The notes below the pieces were generated by a model, which saw only the letters and a list, made by a program, of their open reading frames with translations, did no database searches and was not told the origin of the DNA. Below, piece after piece: positions 37,701-50,149 of a stretch of DNA of 64,000 bases (position 1 is the stretch's first letter; each line of letters starts with the position of its first letter). The stretch comes from Hydrolagus colliei (taxonomy: Eukaryota). Both the position numbers and the translations under genes were made by a program. The stretch covers positions 24,056,001 to 24,120,000 of the forward strand of contig CM068746.1 of the NCBI GenBank assembly GCA_035084275.1, read 5' to 3'.

Positions 37701-39404
37701 ACTAGTGGGAAAACTAAAATCTTGTGGATACTAATACAACAGAAAATAATAACATTTCAAAAAATAAAGTGTTCAAATAGTTTCAATATGCACTTAAAAA
37801 TCATTTGTTTCTGTACTTAATTTTTTTTACAAGTGTGGGTAAAGTTGCTTCTAACAAATGTTGCAATCAATACTCTGGTACTTGCAAATTTGTGGATGAT
37901 CTTTCAGTTTGTTTAGTGGTTAAAGTGGTTTCCACCCACCACACCACCTCAGCGCTTCCACAATATCTTAACCCACTGACCAGAACCACTGCAGACCTGA
38001 ATGTTGTTTGTCTCATTTTGCTTCACATGTATGTGGTTATCTGCTGTTCCCTCTCTTTCATGGACAAGAATGCAATATCTCACCATCTCCCTCAAAGTGC
38101 AAAGTGAAGGGCCATTACACCCACTTACTGATGCTGTGTGTATAGTGTAACTGTATTCTACACCAGTATTGTTTGTGATTACATTGACCAAACATTTTGT
38201 TTAGATTTCCCATTGATACTGTCAAAAAATGGATAGCAATTCAGAGACCAAAGATGCAAAAAAAAATACCACTGGGTCATTTAGTTTTCAGATTCCATTA
38301 TTTCTCATTTCCAGAGGGATTGCATTCCATAATAGTTTCCATCCTGTGGCTACTTCCAAGCAGCCACAGCCAATGGAAAACATTCAACAGATGAGGAATC
38401 ACTACTCTGCAAAGGATCAGATGTTGCCATTACTCTAGGTAGATTCCCACTGCACACATCAGTCTGGCAAATGAGTATCCTTGTTATCTAATCGAGAAGC
38501 AGATTTACTGAAAGAAAAAACACAAAGTCGTCAACTCTCTCCTAAAAGCAATATTTCCTGTTTAGTGAGATTATTAGAGAAGAAAATCTTCAAATGTATA
38601 AAATAATTTTTACTGTGCTTCGAAAAGCTCTGTCAGAGCAACAGTAGTCATAGGCTCAGTAGACAGTGCAGTGGTTCCAGATATCTTGGCCTGCACTTAG
38701 ATATATTACAAACATTTCTCAGGATCCTACCAAGTACACTGCCTCAAATGATAAACAGTAGTAAAGGCCATCTAAATAGAGAACTAAATGCTCACAGAGT
38801 GTGTAAACCTAGACATCTAATACCACTTTGTGAGTCCATTGGACTTCCAGATATATTCCTTTAAGACTTTACAGTTATTTCCATTGGTTCCCCAGCCTAT
38901 GCCATTTCCTGGTTCATATTCTCAAACCGGTAGTTGGCAAAATAAGCTCTTCACTTAAGATCTTGGGATATTTTATTAACCTCATGAAAGGTCTAAAGCG
39001 TTGATGACTTACTGTGCAGTTCTAATGCAGTCTCTTTATCCGCATGAGTTCCTACTGATAAAGCTTGTTTTTCTTTGAAAGGAAACTCCACATAGACCAA
39101 TCCCTCTATGAAAGAACAAACCTGCACCTCCATGATGCAGTGGGACCTTGGGAAGCTTTGTTCAGATAACAAACATGTTGTACAGTGGTCATTTTTCAGA
39201 ACAAATTGAAGGAGTGGGTTTGCAATTTCTCTGATAGCTAGTATTTAAGTGAATAACTCTGAAGGAAAAGAACATTCATACAAGCACCCGAGACCTAATT
39301 TTCACTGCACAATCATTGGTGTCATATACTATTTGTACTGTGATCCACATGAAAAATAAATGAAAAAGCAATCATGGCATTTTATCAGCATCTACCAGAT
39401 AATT

Positions 39405-39570
39405 TAGAATCATAGAATCATAGAATTTTACGGCACAAAAGGAGGCCATTCGGCCATCTAATCTGTGCCGGCTCTTTGAAAAGAGCAACTCAATCCCTCT
39501 GCCCAGCTCTCTCCCCAGCTCTCTCCCCATAATCTAACAGACCTGTTCTCCCTAAATAAATATTTAATTC
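39405..39570 (-). mobile_element. CR1 3' end
   Basis: tagaatcatagaatcatagaattttacggcacaaaaggaggccattcggcc. The same tail tip occurs alone at 23641-23670. Confidence 0.8.
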
Positions 39571-41429
39571 AGCATAAAAGATGCAACATTGACTTTCCTT
39601 TTTTGTTTTATAAATAATAGTCCTTGCATTTGTCAAGGTTCCTAGTGAAACCGTTGAATTTTATATTTGTATGAGCTTACTTTCCTTTGAATTAATTATA
39701 TATTTGTTCCCAAACCATTCACAAGGCAAAGACTTTGACAGTTGAAAATTCTCTGGTAAGCATTGCCCTATCCTATTTATGAATATGGTCCTGTCAAGTT
39801 ATGACAGAATCCAAATACAGCAGGACTGAATACTGAATATATTTATTTCTGCTGCATATTTCCTTTCGGTCAACCTTTGTTTACCATTCAAAACTAAGAA
39901 TTGATGTTCAAAGTTCATCTCTAGTCTTTGGGTTCATCTCTAAAGGTTTACAATTTTCAATTATTTCCTCCTTCTTCAAGATGCAGATTCTTAAAATAGT
40001 GAGTCTGACGTCACACCACAGTCGCTTGTGAATGGTGTTTCCTGAAGAAGCTAAACCTCTGTTTACAGGATATAAATGAAGTTAGTCTACATCAAGGACA
40101 TCCAGACGCCAATATCCTAGCTCACTATCATAGCTGTCACATTCAGTGGTATCCGCGCTTACCTACATACTCTCAACAGCAGTAAACACAGGCCAGACAC
40201 CAGTCGTGGTCGCACAATTGCAATGGGCCGAATGGTCTCCAAAGCCAAAGTTTCTATGTAAAACCAAAGGTTACAGAAAACACATAATCTTTCTGTTTCA
40301 ACATTAATTTGTGTCCTAGGCTTCAGAATCAAATCAGGTCTGCAATTATAGTACTTTTTAACTCTGGAAAGCAAAGAGAGACATGTGAATAGAAGATTTT
40401 AAAAACCCTTAATGTGAGAATAAATAAACACAGCGGTCACGCAAGTAAGGAATCTGCTCTTAGTTAACACACAGAAAAAACTCAGCACGCAGCAGTTTTC
40501 AGAGCACCAACAATTGGGCATAATTATAAATAATTGTAGAAAAGCAGAATTTTCAAGAATTTACTGAATACTCATCTTAGAAGTCTTCAAAATCTCCAGC
40601 CTTCTGAGGAGTAAATCTTCGCAGTATCTACTAAAATAAATCAGCAGAGTACTACCTCTACACCGATTAAAGAAAGCCATGAATTGCAGCATTTATCTTT
40701 TCTTTATACTGAAACTTCAACCAAACTAGTTAAAATTCATTTGTCACTGCAAATACAAAGCTTCTGGCTTCAACACTTATTTGTTTCCTTTCAGACACGG
40801 ATCTGTTATTAATATATATTGCATACTGCCAAATATATATATTTAGGAAATACATGTCAAAAAAAAACCCTTAGGAATTATTTATATGGGGTCTTTACAT
40901 TTTTGTTTCCTATGCGGCTCAGCCCCGTTCTTTTTTTTTGGTGTTTGTCCTAATCTTCTCCTTCCTCTCTGAAAAAAAGCGCAAAAAAAAGAATTAGCAA
41001 TGGACCTGTCCGTATGTTTTCTAAGTTATCCCAAACATTATTCTACAAAGGCTGCATAAAGATTAATCAAATCCATGTCTTCACAAGTGATGGTAAGATT
41101 TACCAGGCTGCAGGCTACTCCAAGATAATTCAGAAGGCAAAAGGCCCTTCAAGCTGCTTACTTCCTTGGCAGGTTAACAGGCCTAGGCCCAGCAGGTTCT
41201 GGCCATCAGTGAACTAACCCTTTCCTGAAGCATTGCTTTCCAGCTGGGAAGGAATTCAGTGCAAGAGCAGAGGTCACAGTTAATGCCATCTTGCCCGAGG
41301 CATCTAGCCTATTCACAGAACGGCCCTCTTTGTAATAATAACTGAAGAGAAAAAATGAAGTCAACATGAAACGAAGGCATTTCGAAATGTTGGGATTTTA
41401 AAAAATTTAAATAGCACTGTTACAATAAA

Positions 41430-41990
41430 GTTGATTTATTTTAATTGCAAAGATGTTGATTTTCAAATGGTGCTGGGAACTTATTCTCAGCAAGTTGTTA
41501 AGCTTGGCCAAAGAACAGTATGTTTTGTCATGTCTAAGCAGGATGACATGCTTTAGGAATTTCATTGAAACAGTACAGCTGTACTTTAATTTGCATGGAA
41601 CCTTATTGATTAACGGGCTTGTTTAATGAATGATTTTTATTCACTGCCATATCAAAACAAACTTGAAATTAGTTCCATTAAATAAGGAGTTTGTCATTTA
41701 TTTATTATTAGTGAAGTTAAAGCCATTGAAGTACAAAAATAAACGTAGTTTTCCTCTGACTGGCAACTTGCTCAAACAAATGGCTCTGTACAGTGTCATT
41801 TGCTGGGATGCAAAATGGTTTTAAAACATCCACATTTATTGCTCGGCAACTAAGCAAAATGCAAAGACCAATGAGTTCCATTTAATCTACATTTGCACTG
41901 TGAACCTACACGCTTCATGTCCTGAAAGAAAATCAGTTAACATGGCAGTAATTAATCTCTGTCACTAGAGGCTGCTAGTAAGCTTTGGGC
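41430..41990. promoter_or_regulatory. Candidate conserved enhancer
   Basis: No recognisable repeat. 14-bp palindrome AGTACAGCTGTACT at 41572-41585, octamer ATTTGCAT at 41589-41596, inverted TGTCAT/ATGACA, and TGATTAA. Motif inspection only. Confidence 0.35.
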
Positions 41991-42009
41991 TGTTGAGTTT
42001 ACATAGAAT

Positions 42010-42350
42010 TATAATTATAAATGATAATAACCTTTGCAATTGATATAGCACCTAGTCGTTGAGATACCTCAAAGCACTTCATAGGATTTACTATAAGTGT
42101 AATAAGTGCATATTTTGTACATGAATGCAGAAGCCAATTTGCATACAGCAACGTCCCACAAACAACCACGAAGTGAAGGTCAATTTTATCTGAGTAAATA
42201 TTGGCCAGGACACCAAGAGAAACTCTCTAATCTTTTCTAATTGTACCATACAATCTTTAACATCCACCTGATGACCACAGGTACTTGGCCCATTGTTTAT
42301 ATCATGTCAGAGGCTTATCAACCCTAAATGAAGGTACCTTAAACAAGGTC
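42010..42350 (-). mobile_element. SacSINE1/Deu-type SINE
   Basis: Tail, then taaatattggccaggacacc...atctttaacatccacctga. Confidence 0.75.
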
Positions 42351-42639
42351 ACTCTTCAGCTGGAAAGGTAGATCAGGCACAGTGTTATTGGATTGCACCC
42401 AACATAGCATTCTCCTTAGAATGCACTTCATCAAGCTTGGCTATAATATCCTTCGGGACATATGTGCATGGAACGGCCATAAAGGCAAACTAGATGGGCT
42501 TTGGTCTTTTTCATCTAACATTTCTTATGTTCTTATGTTCACAGTCAATTTGCCTGCTGGAACTCATTGTGGAAGCTCACACATTGAGGAATGATCACCT
42601 AATCAAGGTACCGGTTGACGCTATTGAAATATAGCCAAC

Positions 42640-42960
42640 TATGAGTCAACAGATTCAGAAGAGGAAAGACTAATCCCGGGTTCAATCCTCAATCTGTACT
42701 GAGTTTGCTGATCTGAGCCAACAGGCAATTAGGGCATTACATTGTGCAGAGTAGAAAGAAGAAAATCAGTTAGATTTCCCACTCCAGATTGCAATCCAGT
42801 AGACCTCCTGCTGGGGAGAGAATGTGTGTGTGTGTGTGCGCGTGGATATTGAGTGAAGACAGGATCAGATTCCAATGCTACTTACAATTAAATAGTCAAC
42901 CAAAGTCTGTCAAGGCTCACATGTACATCAATGGTCACTTCGGCCTGTCCACTATTTGGC
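42640..42960 (+). mobile_element. Family B SINE-like copy (best preserved)
   Basis: cccgggttcaatcctcaatctgtactgagtttgctgatctgagcc...aaaatcagttag...cctgctggg...gtggatattgagtgaagacaggat...tctgtcaaggctcaca. Confidence 0.6.
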
Positions 42961-43059
42961 TGGAATGAATAGTGGTTAAGTGAGATTCCACTTTCAGAAG
43001 ATGGACTTGACTTATCTATAACCATTTTCAACATCTTGTGTAGATTGTGCACTGGTATA

Positions 43060-43172
43060 TCACCCACAAAATGCATAGTCAATGCACTTTGCAGTATATT
43101 CTGTGAAGCGTTTTGAGATGTCTCAAAGGTGTGAAAAGGCTCTATAACAAATGCAAGGATAATTATTATTAC
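43060..43172 (+). mobile_element. SINE family A tail
   Basis: cacccacaaaatgcatagtcaat...aaatgcaaggataattattatta. Confidence 0.8.
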
Positions 43173-44145
43173 AGTAATACAAAATATCTCCAAAACAAAT
43201 ACTGAAGTAGCTCTGTCACATTTCATTCAATCTGCTCATTGTATTGAATTGTTCTCAAACCAATTTATCCTTGTAATCAGTGTTAACTCTTCCTTTCAGA
43301 GTCATTCTTCAACAGTGCACAAGAAGGCTTTAAGGCAGGATTGAGTTATGGCACAGATATAGGCTCTAACTGTTTACTGATGTGCACCATACATAGAATG
43401 TGGCTGCATTCAGCCATTCTTTTGCAAGGCCACTTATTGAAAAAGGATTGACATGTTGGTCTGTTTAATTCCTTCGCCTTCTTCTGGGGCAAATGTTGCC
43501 ACCTGTTTGGTAGTGAAATCACAGCGCATGTCTACTTTCCCTTTTTCTTTTCCTTAAGGCACTGATACCCGCAAAGGTGCTTTTCTATATCTGGTAAAAT
43601 GCTGGCATTCTCCCTCTATTTTGCTCAAGTGTTCAGTATGTCAGTCCAGTGCCAGAGCAATATCACAGAGGAAATGATGGAGGAAATGCATAACAGCAGA
43701 CTTTAATCTAACATCTATCTGCATGCTAGTGATTCCTAGCATCTTGTCAGTGGCTGGCAACTCCCTAGAAATCTTGCCTGCTTTGTTTTCCCCCCCTCAA
43801 ACCAAGGAATGGGGAGATCAATTATACCACCCAATGTCATCTGGGTGAAAATTACTAACTCACCAGCCATAAAACCTGGGAAATTCCTGGTTTATCTGGC
43901 TCAAATCAACTCTATTTGAAGCATTTGCCCAACTGAGTCATCCCACAATTTAAAGATTGTCTTCTGAAAGTTTTGCTACATCAGCATTCTTAATTGTACA
44001 GAGTATAATTTTTGTGGTTTCAAACCAGTCCATGGATAATAGAACAACCATGCACTGTACAGTATTGTATTATGTTGCCTATTAGACAAATATTCTAAAA
44101 ATGTTCCACAGCTTCTGATTGCTCAGTGGATAACTAAACAGCCCC

Positions 44146-44216
44146 ACAAACAACAACAACAACAAAATTACATTTATAGAGCGCCTTTCACGTCGGGAGG
44201 ACATCCCAAGGCGCTG
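44146..44216 (-). mobile_element. Tail-only L2 insertion
   Basis: (CAA)n aatttacatttatagagcgcctttcacgtcgggaggacatcccaaggcgctg. Confidence 0.78.
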
Positions 44217-44365
44217 AAATATAATACTGAGCAATACATTGGCTGTTGTTCACTTCGCTGGTTTCAGCCAGGAAAGGAGTAAGCACATTATAATTGCCTG
44301 AGGAACATCCCAAGGCAAAGAAGGTGTAAATCAGTCAGCACTCCCATTCTACCTCATGGAGTCTC

Positions 44366-44678
44366 GTGGAGTCCTGTAGCTCAGTGGTTAGAGCACTGGC
44401 CTTACAAGTGAGAGACCTGGGTTCAATTTCAGGCAGGGCAAAACCTTGGACAGGTTTCGTTATTCCACATGCCTAATAATAATCCCTCAAACATAAAAAA
44501 CAATAATAAATTGGTCATTTAAAACCAGGACTGGTTGTGGGACACTGCTGTGCGCAATTGGCTGCCGCGTTTCACATATTCGGTCAATCATCTTACAGTA
44601 TATTCTGTGAAGTTCTTTGAGATGTCTATATAAAATACGTGAAAAGCGCCACATCAAATGCAAGGATTATTATTATTA
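44366..44678 (+). mobile_element. SINE family A, full length, nested in an older family B relic
   Basis: gtggagtcctgtagctcagtggttagagc...gggttcaatttc...gtgaaaagcgccacatcaaatgcaaggattattattatta. Possible short TSD tacctc. Family B pieces flank it (44220-44350 and 44690-44800). Confidence 0.9.
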
Positions 44679-45989
44679 CCTCTTCTTGAAAGAGATTCCC
44701 CCTAGAAAATGTGTTCTATGGTGAGGCAGTAATCAGCTCTGATATCCTAACAGTTGAATAGACTCAATAGCTTGTCAACATTCACTGTCTAGGATCCCAG
44801 TTCAAGAGGGTTACTTTCGTGAAGTTCAGAAGCCTAGCCACAACTGAATTTAGCAACCCGTGATTGAACTCGTTGGTTAAATGCATCAAAAGGAGTCTGG
44901 AATCGTAACCAGGCATGAGTCAGCCCAGCCTTCACAGGAGGACAATATTGAGAAATAATTATACCCTACAAGTCTATAAGATTTTTTTTTAAATGACACT
45001 GACATAATCCTCTGTACATCAGTTAAATATCAAACCGACACATGCTCAGTCTCGCCACAGGAATCTATATTATTTACTATCAAGATGGTGAAACAAAAAT
45101 AATAGATTTTCCCGTTTGGTAAAATCACTGAGCATTCAAATTTGACCAATCAGTCCTACATTTGAATATTCTGTAATATTCAACACATGTAAAGGCTGGA
45201 TTGGGCTTGGCTGTGATACCTTTCACAGTGAAGACATCCACCCTATTGACACACCGAATCAAGTTTCACACATGAACCATTTGGGGGGTGGGGACTAATA
45301 GGAGTTTGATACAGTGTCTAAACCATACACCAGCACAAGTTAGTGCTTTGTGGAGAGGAGACAGTTGAATTACAATCCCAATATTTGTTTAATTGCGTTC
45401 TAAAGAACCTTATTAATTCTGATCTAAAGTAAAAGTATGCCACAAGACATGCTTTGCATTGTACAGTTTCGATTTTTGGTCGGATTCAATTACAGTATTG
45501 GGAACAGGCCAAATAGCTATTTGTCCCTTTAATGTGGTTTGGCTATCTGAATGTTTACCATTTTTCTAGAGACAGTAATCTCCTGACAGCAAGTGGAATA
45601 TCTTATATCCTGAAAAGCACAAGTCATATCTTGAAAACGTGCTTGTCAAATGCAGCCTGAGGAATCCTATTGCCATTCACTGGAACTTATTATACATAAT
45701 GCCTTGTGCTGATTGGAAGCAACACTTTTAAACACGTTTGTGAAGTGAGGATTATTACAGAGATGACTGCTTCCTAGTTATGTCCTAGATACCTTTATGT
45801 AGAATGTGGGATGTGAAGAGGGTTTAAGATTAATTGAAATTAAAGAGCAATCTTTGACAAACCCACACAAGTTTGTCGCCGGCATGTCCCAGCAGCAATA
45901 TCTTGTTGAAGGTATTTTAATAAATGTCAGATGGAGTAGTGAGGATGAGAGCAAGAATTTTCATTTTTATTTTGCCTTATCAAGTTAAA

Positions 45990-46280
45990 ATGCCTCAATG
46001 TGCATTACACAAATTATTGTAGTGACTGTTTTTGTGGGCATTATGCAACAGTTATTTTGCGTATAGTGTGTACCCTGAAACAGCCTTTAGGTGAATGACC
46101 AAATTTATCAAGATGATTGCTGGAACACCTTTCGCTTTTCAAATGACACTATAGGATATTTAACATCCACCTAAAGAACAGGCAGACAGGAACTCAGTAC
46201 ACTATATTGTCTTACCTGTATGATAGCAACTCACACAATGAAGCATTCCCTCAGTGTTGCATTGACGCACCAGCTTAGTA
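45990..46280 (-). mobile_element. Degraded SacSINE1/Deu-type SINE
   Basis: ggatatttaacatccacct...gcagcattccctcagtg-like motifs. Confidence 0.6.
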
Positions 46281-47347
46281 GTGAAGAAGGTATCTAATAA
46301 TGTCTTATTTCAGCATGTAACAAAATGTAACAAAATATCACAGAATTATTCAAGAATTTTATTTAGGATTGTACGAACGATTGGGTGAGCCTATCAGAAA
46401 AGCAGGATAACCCAAGATAGATTGAAGGCAAACAAATTAAAAATTTTCTTCCTTTCTTAAAAGCATTCATACTGAATGTTTAGTTTGAAAGTATTCCTAA
46501 TTGTTTTATAAAAGTAAATCAAGGCCTGCTCTGATGGTTCAGATGTCATTAAAATCTTATGGTACTAAAATTAAAATATATTTAGTTTATTTCAAGACCA
46601 TAAGATCACCAGAAAACAATTGGGTACATGTTTATCTTTGGATGAAATTTATTGTGTTTCTTTATTGTTTTTTAATAAATGAAAATGACTTTGATTTTGT
46701 GTATACAGGCTGAAGGCCTGCTTCCAGTAATGTTTGCCTTGTAGCCAAAAAATATAAACTGTTATAGTTGCCTTCAGTTCTGCTAACACTATATCTCTAG
46801 ACAGAGATAATTCAAACTCTATGTACATTATTCACATCAGGCATTTCATCATGTTTAAAGCTGTAATGACAAAAACAGTTGCCTGTTCATCATGTCTTAT
46901 CTTTCTTCGGTAAACTTTAATCACTAAAAATAACCATTAGAAAATAGTCATAATTTGACTTGATTGCTATGGGATCCTCAGATAGATACAGACAACATCC
47001 ATACAAGTATAACATTTTAGATTAAATACAGTACTTTACTTGTATGACTATTCTGTAGTCTTTAACGTTTTAGACATAAATCATTGCAATTTTTATTCAA
47101 TAGCAGCGAATGTTGCATTATGGGCTTAATAGAACTCTATTTTTCCATTTTCCACATTAGAATCCAAATTTCCGGGGTTAGTTGTAACATGGTCAAATAC
47201 AGAGAAAATTAAATCTTCCACTGCTCTACCCCCAAAATATGGCTTAGTCATTGACCTCAGAAGAACACATACCCTACACCACTAGTGTAACAATTCCATT
47301 TTCCACACCAGCTTTCTTGCGATTTGAATCAGATTAGAAATGTAGTG

Positions 47348-47500
47348 TGTCAGCTTGGCTCAGTTGGTGGCACTTTCATTTTGGGTCAGAAGGTTGGGGG
47401 TTCAAGCCTGATGTCATGACGTGAATTTATAATCCAGGTTAACGCAGTGCTGGGGCACCGCTGAAATGTCGAAAGTGCCAATTTCCAGATGAGATGTTAC
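47348..47500 (+). mobile_element. SacSINE1-type tRNA head plus start of Deu domain
   Basis: tggctcagttggtggcact...tcagaaggttgggggttcaagcc...gtgccaatttccagatgagatgtta. Confidence 0.72.
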
Positions 47501-48495
47501 GAGCCTTGGTCAGACCCCATCTGGAATACTGTGTTCAGTTTTGGACACTACACCTCAGGTAGGATATTATCATAATAATAATAACAATAACAATAATAAT
47601 AATCCTTGCATTTGATATAGTGTCTTATCACATCTTCTAGACATCACAAAGCACTTCACAGAATATATTGTAAAGTAAATTGACTGGGCGAAACATGGCA
47701 GCCAATTGCACACATCAGTGTCCCATAAACAGCCCAGGATTGAAATGATCGGTTTATTATCTTTTTTTGAGGGATTATTATCAAGTATGTGGAGTAAAGA
47801 AGCTTGCCCAAGGTTTCGCCCTGCCTGGAATTGAACCCAGGTCTCTCACTTGTAAGGTGAGTGCTCTAACCTTTGAGCTACAGGACTCCACATTGGCTCT
47901 GTAGTGGGTTCAGTGGAGATTCGCCAGAATAATACCGGGGTTTAATGAGCTAAATTATAAGGACAGGCTATTTCACCCACATACATAGAGTTAATTCATT
48001 TTACAATATATTCTGCGAAGCACTTTGAGATATCTAGAAAACGTAAAAAGGGCTATATCAAATGCAACAATTATTATTATTATTAAATAATGCATTTATT
48101 TTTTTAAATTATACAGCATCATTAGGAGTGATCAAATTGAAGTTTTTAAAATAATAAATGGATTTAATGGGTTAAATACAGAGAAACTATTTCCTCTGGC
48201 GCGGAGAAATCTAGAACAAGGGGACATCACTTTAAAATTAGAACCAGATTGCTTAGTAGTAAAATTAGGAGGCAATTTTCCACCCAAAGTATAGTGAAAA
48301 TCTGGAGCTCTATCCCTCAAAAGGCTGTGGATACTGGATCCATTCACATTTTCCAACACTGATGTTGATAGGTATTTGTTAATTAAGGGTGTAAAGGATT
48401 TGGGGAAAGGGAGGTACAGACCAGCCATAATCTTATAGAATGCCAGAACAGGCTCAAGGAGCTAAATGTCTTACTTCTGTTCCTATATTCCTATC
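47501..48495 (+). mobile_element. CR1 ORF2 3' part, interrupted by two family A SINE insertions
   Basis: ALVRPHLEYCVQFW at 47502, VQWRFARIIPGFNELNYKDRL at ~47907, IEVFKIINGF..EKLFPL..SRTRGH at ~48135, tail ttctgttcctatattcctat. Confidence 0.85.
47567..47893 (-). mobile_element. SINE family A, full length
   Basis: Reverse complement of the family A consensus, ending ...gagctacaggactccaca. Confidence 0.9.
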
Positions 48496-49049
48496 AATTC
48501 CCATCCTATCAATTTCCTTCCTATCCAAGTTGTCATAAAAATCCCATCAATCTGTTCAAAACATGAAGAGGCTTTCTCCCAGTGTCCTGGAGGGTAGACA
48601 TCAATACCCTATATGGTCAAAAAAGTCTACCACAAAGAGGTATAGACTCAAGTTCAGAAGAGAGGACAATGGACACATTTTAGAATGACCTTAAACAGGG
48701 AATGGTGGATATGTAGAGTGGATTATCCAGGCAAATACTGTCAGAATTTTTTTAAGAAGGTAATTAAATAATCTAAAAAATCAGTTGGGCAAAGAAATTA
48801 ATGGAGTGTTGTTAGAGTAGTTTACAATGTTTTATGATAGATAGATTTCCAGATAGATTGAAATGGTGTATTCTACTCTTGAAGATGCCTACTCAAGATA
48901 ATTCAGTACTTGAACTATCTGTTCAATCAGCCATTGAGAATGGCTTCTCTGTGCCACAAAGAAAACAATTTACAACCCTTCATTACCCATGGAAAAGCAA
49001 TACACCAATTGACCAACAACTGGGTTGCAACTTATTGCTAGGTAAACAG

Positions 49050-49148
49050 AGGTGGGCGGAGTAAGGAAACTTGCCCAACATTTTGACCTGCTGGGAATTG
49101 AACCAGGGTCTCTCATTTGGGATCTGAGTGCTCTAACCTCTGAGCTAA
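49050..49148 (-). mobile_element. SINE family A head only
   Basis: ggagtaaggaaacttgcccaa...gggaattgaaccagggtctctc...gctctaacctctgagcta. Confidence 0.75.
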
Positions 49149-50149
49149 ATGTGTTAGAAACAAACCATCAACTGAACAGTATCTAAGGATGGTGGGTGGA
49201 CTGCAGGTCTACAATAGAGTTTTCAATTACACTACTATTTAAGTTTTAAAGTTACAAATTTTATATTGAAATGCTGACTTTTGACTATCTAAAAGCCAAT
49301 ATTTTATTACCTAAGGATTATGTTAGGCTTAGAGTAATATAGTATTGCAATGTGTGATAGAAGCACTAGTAGCAATATGATCTTAGACATTTCTAAAATA
49401 CAGCTATTGTTTACCTCACCACCTTCATCAGCATAAAACGGAAGCACAATAGAAAACTCAGCATGGGCCATTCATTCAGCCCATTGTGCCTGTGCTGATT
49501 CATTAAAGGAGACATCCATTTAGTCCACTTCTCCTGTGTTTTCATATTTCTCCTTCCAGATATTTATCCAGTTCTCTCTTAATAGCTAATATGGATTATG
49601 TCGCTGTCAAAGCTCCAAGTAGTGCATTCCATGTGCTAGCAAGCCTCTACATTAAAAATAATTCTCTGCATTTTTCCTCTTGTTCTTTTGATAGTTAATT
49701 TGGCACAATAGCAGTCAATTTCAAAGAAAGTAGCGGTTCTAAAATCCTTAAAGCTTTATTATCATGTTAGAAGCTTGAATGATCTTTACCATCTGTCAAA
49801 TACAGTTTGCTTTTCAAGATGTAGTCAATTCACTTTGCTTCTGTGAAGCACATTGAGATGTCTCGAAGACGTGATATGGCACTATAATCAATGCAAGCAT
49901 TATTATTAATTTATTATTAAATATCACATTTAGTTTTTTAACATTATATAGCATCATATCAATAATAACATTAGTTTTGTAAAATATATCAGCTGCAATA
50001 TAAATCCCTCTTTATCCTTATCACTGGTTTCTTTAAGAAGTTACGGTATGACATTGATACAACTGAACATATTTTTTCTCTATCTTGTGACACAATCTAT
50101 TTTTGCTGTGTCATTCATAGCATAGAGGAGATACAATCTAGAATGTTTC

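Noticed and set aside
44366-44445. tRNA-like sequences with A and B boxes (also 11172, 18462, 47820, 52860, 53108, 63034)
   Set aside because: They lack a proper acceptor stem and Pol III terminator and continue into the SINE body, so they are SINE heads, not tRNA genes.
49420-49440. CTGATGA on the minus strand (similar isolated hits at ~4252, ~12095, ~18158 and ~26379 on plus)
   Set aside because: No stem II followed by GAAA and no closing stems, so not hammerheads.
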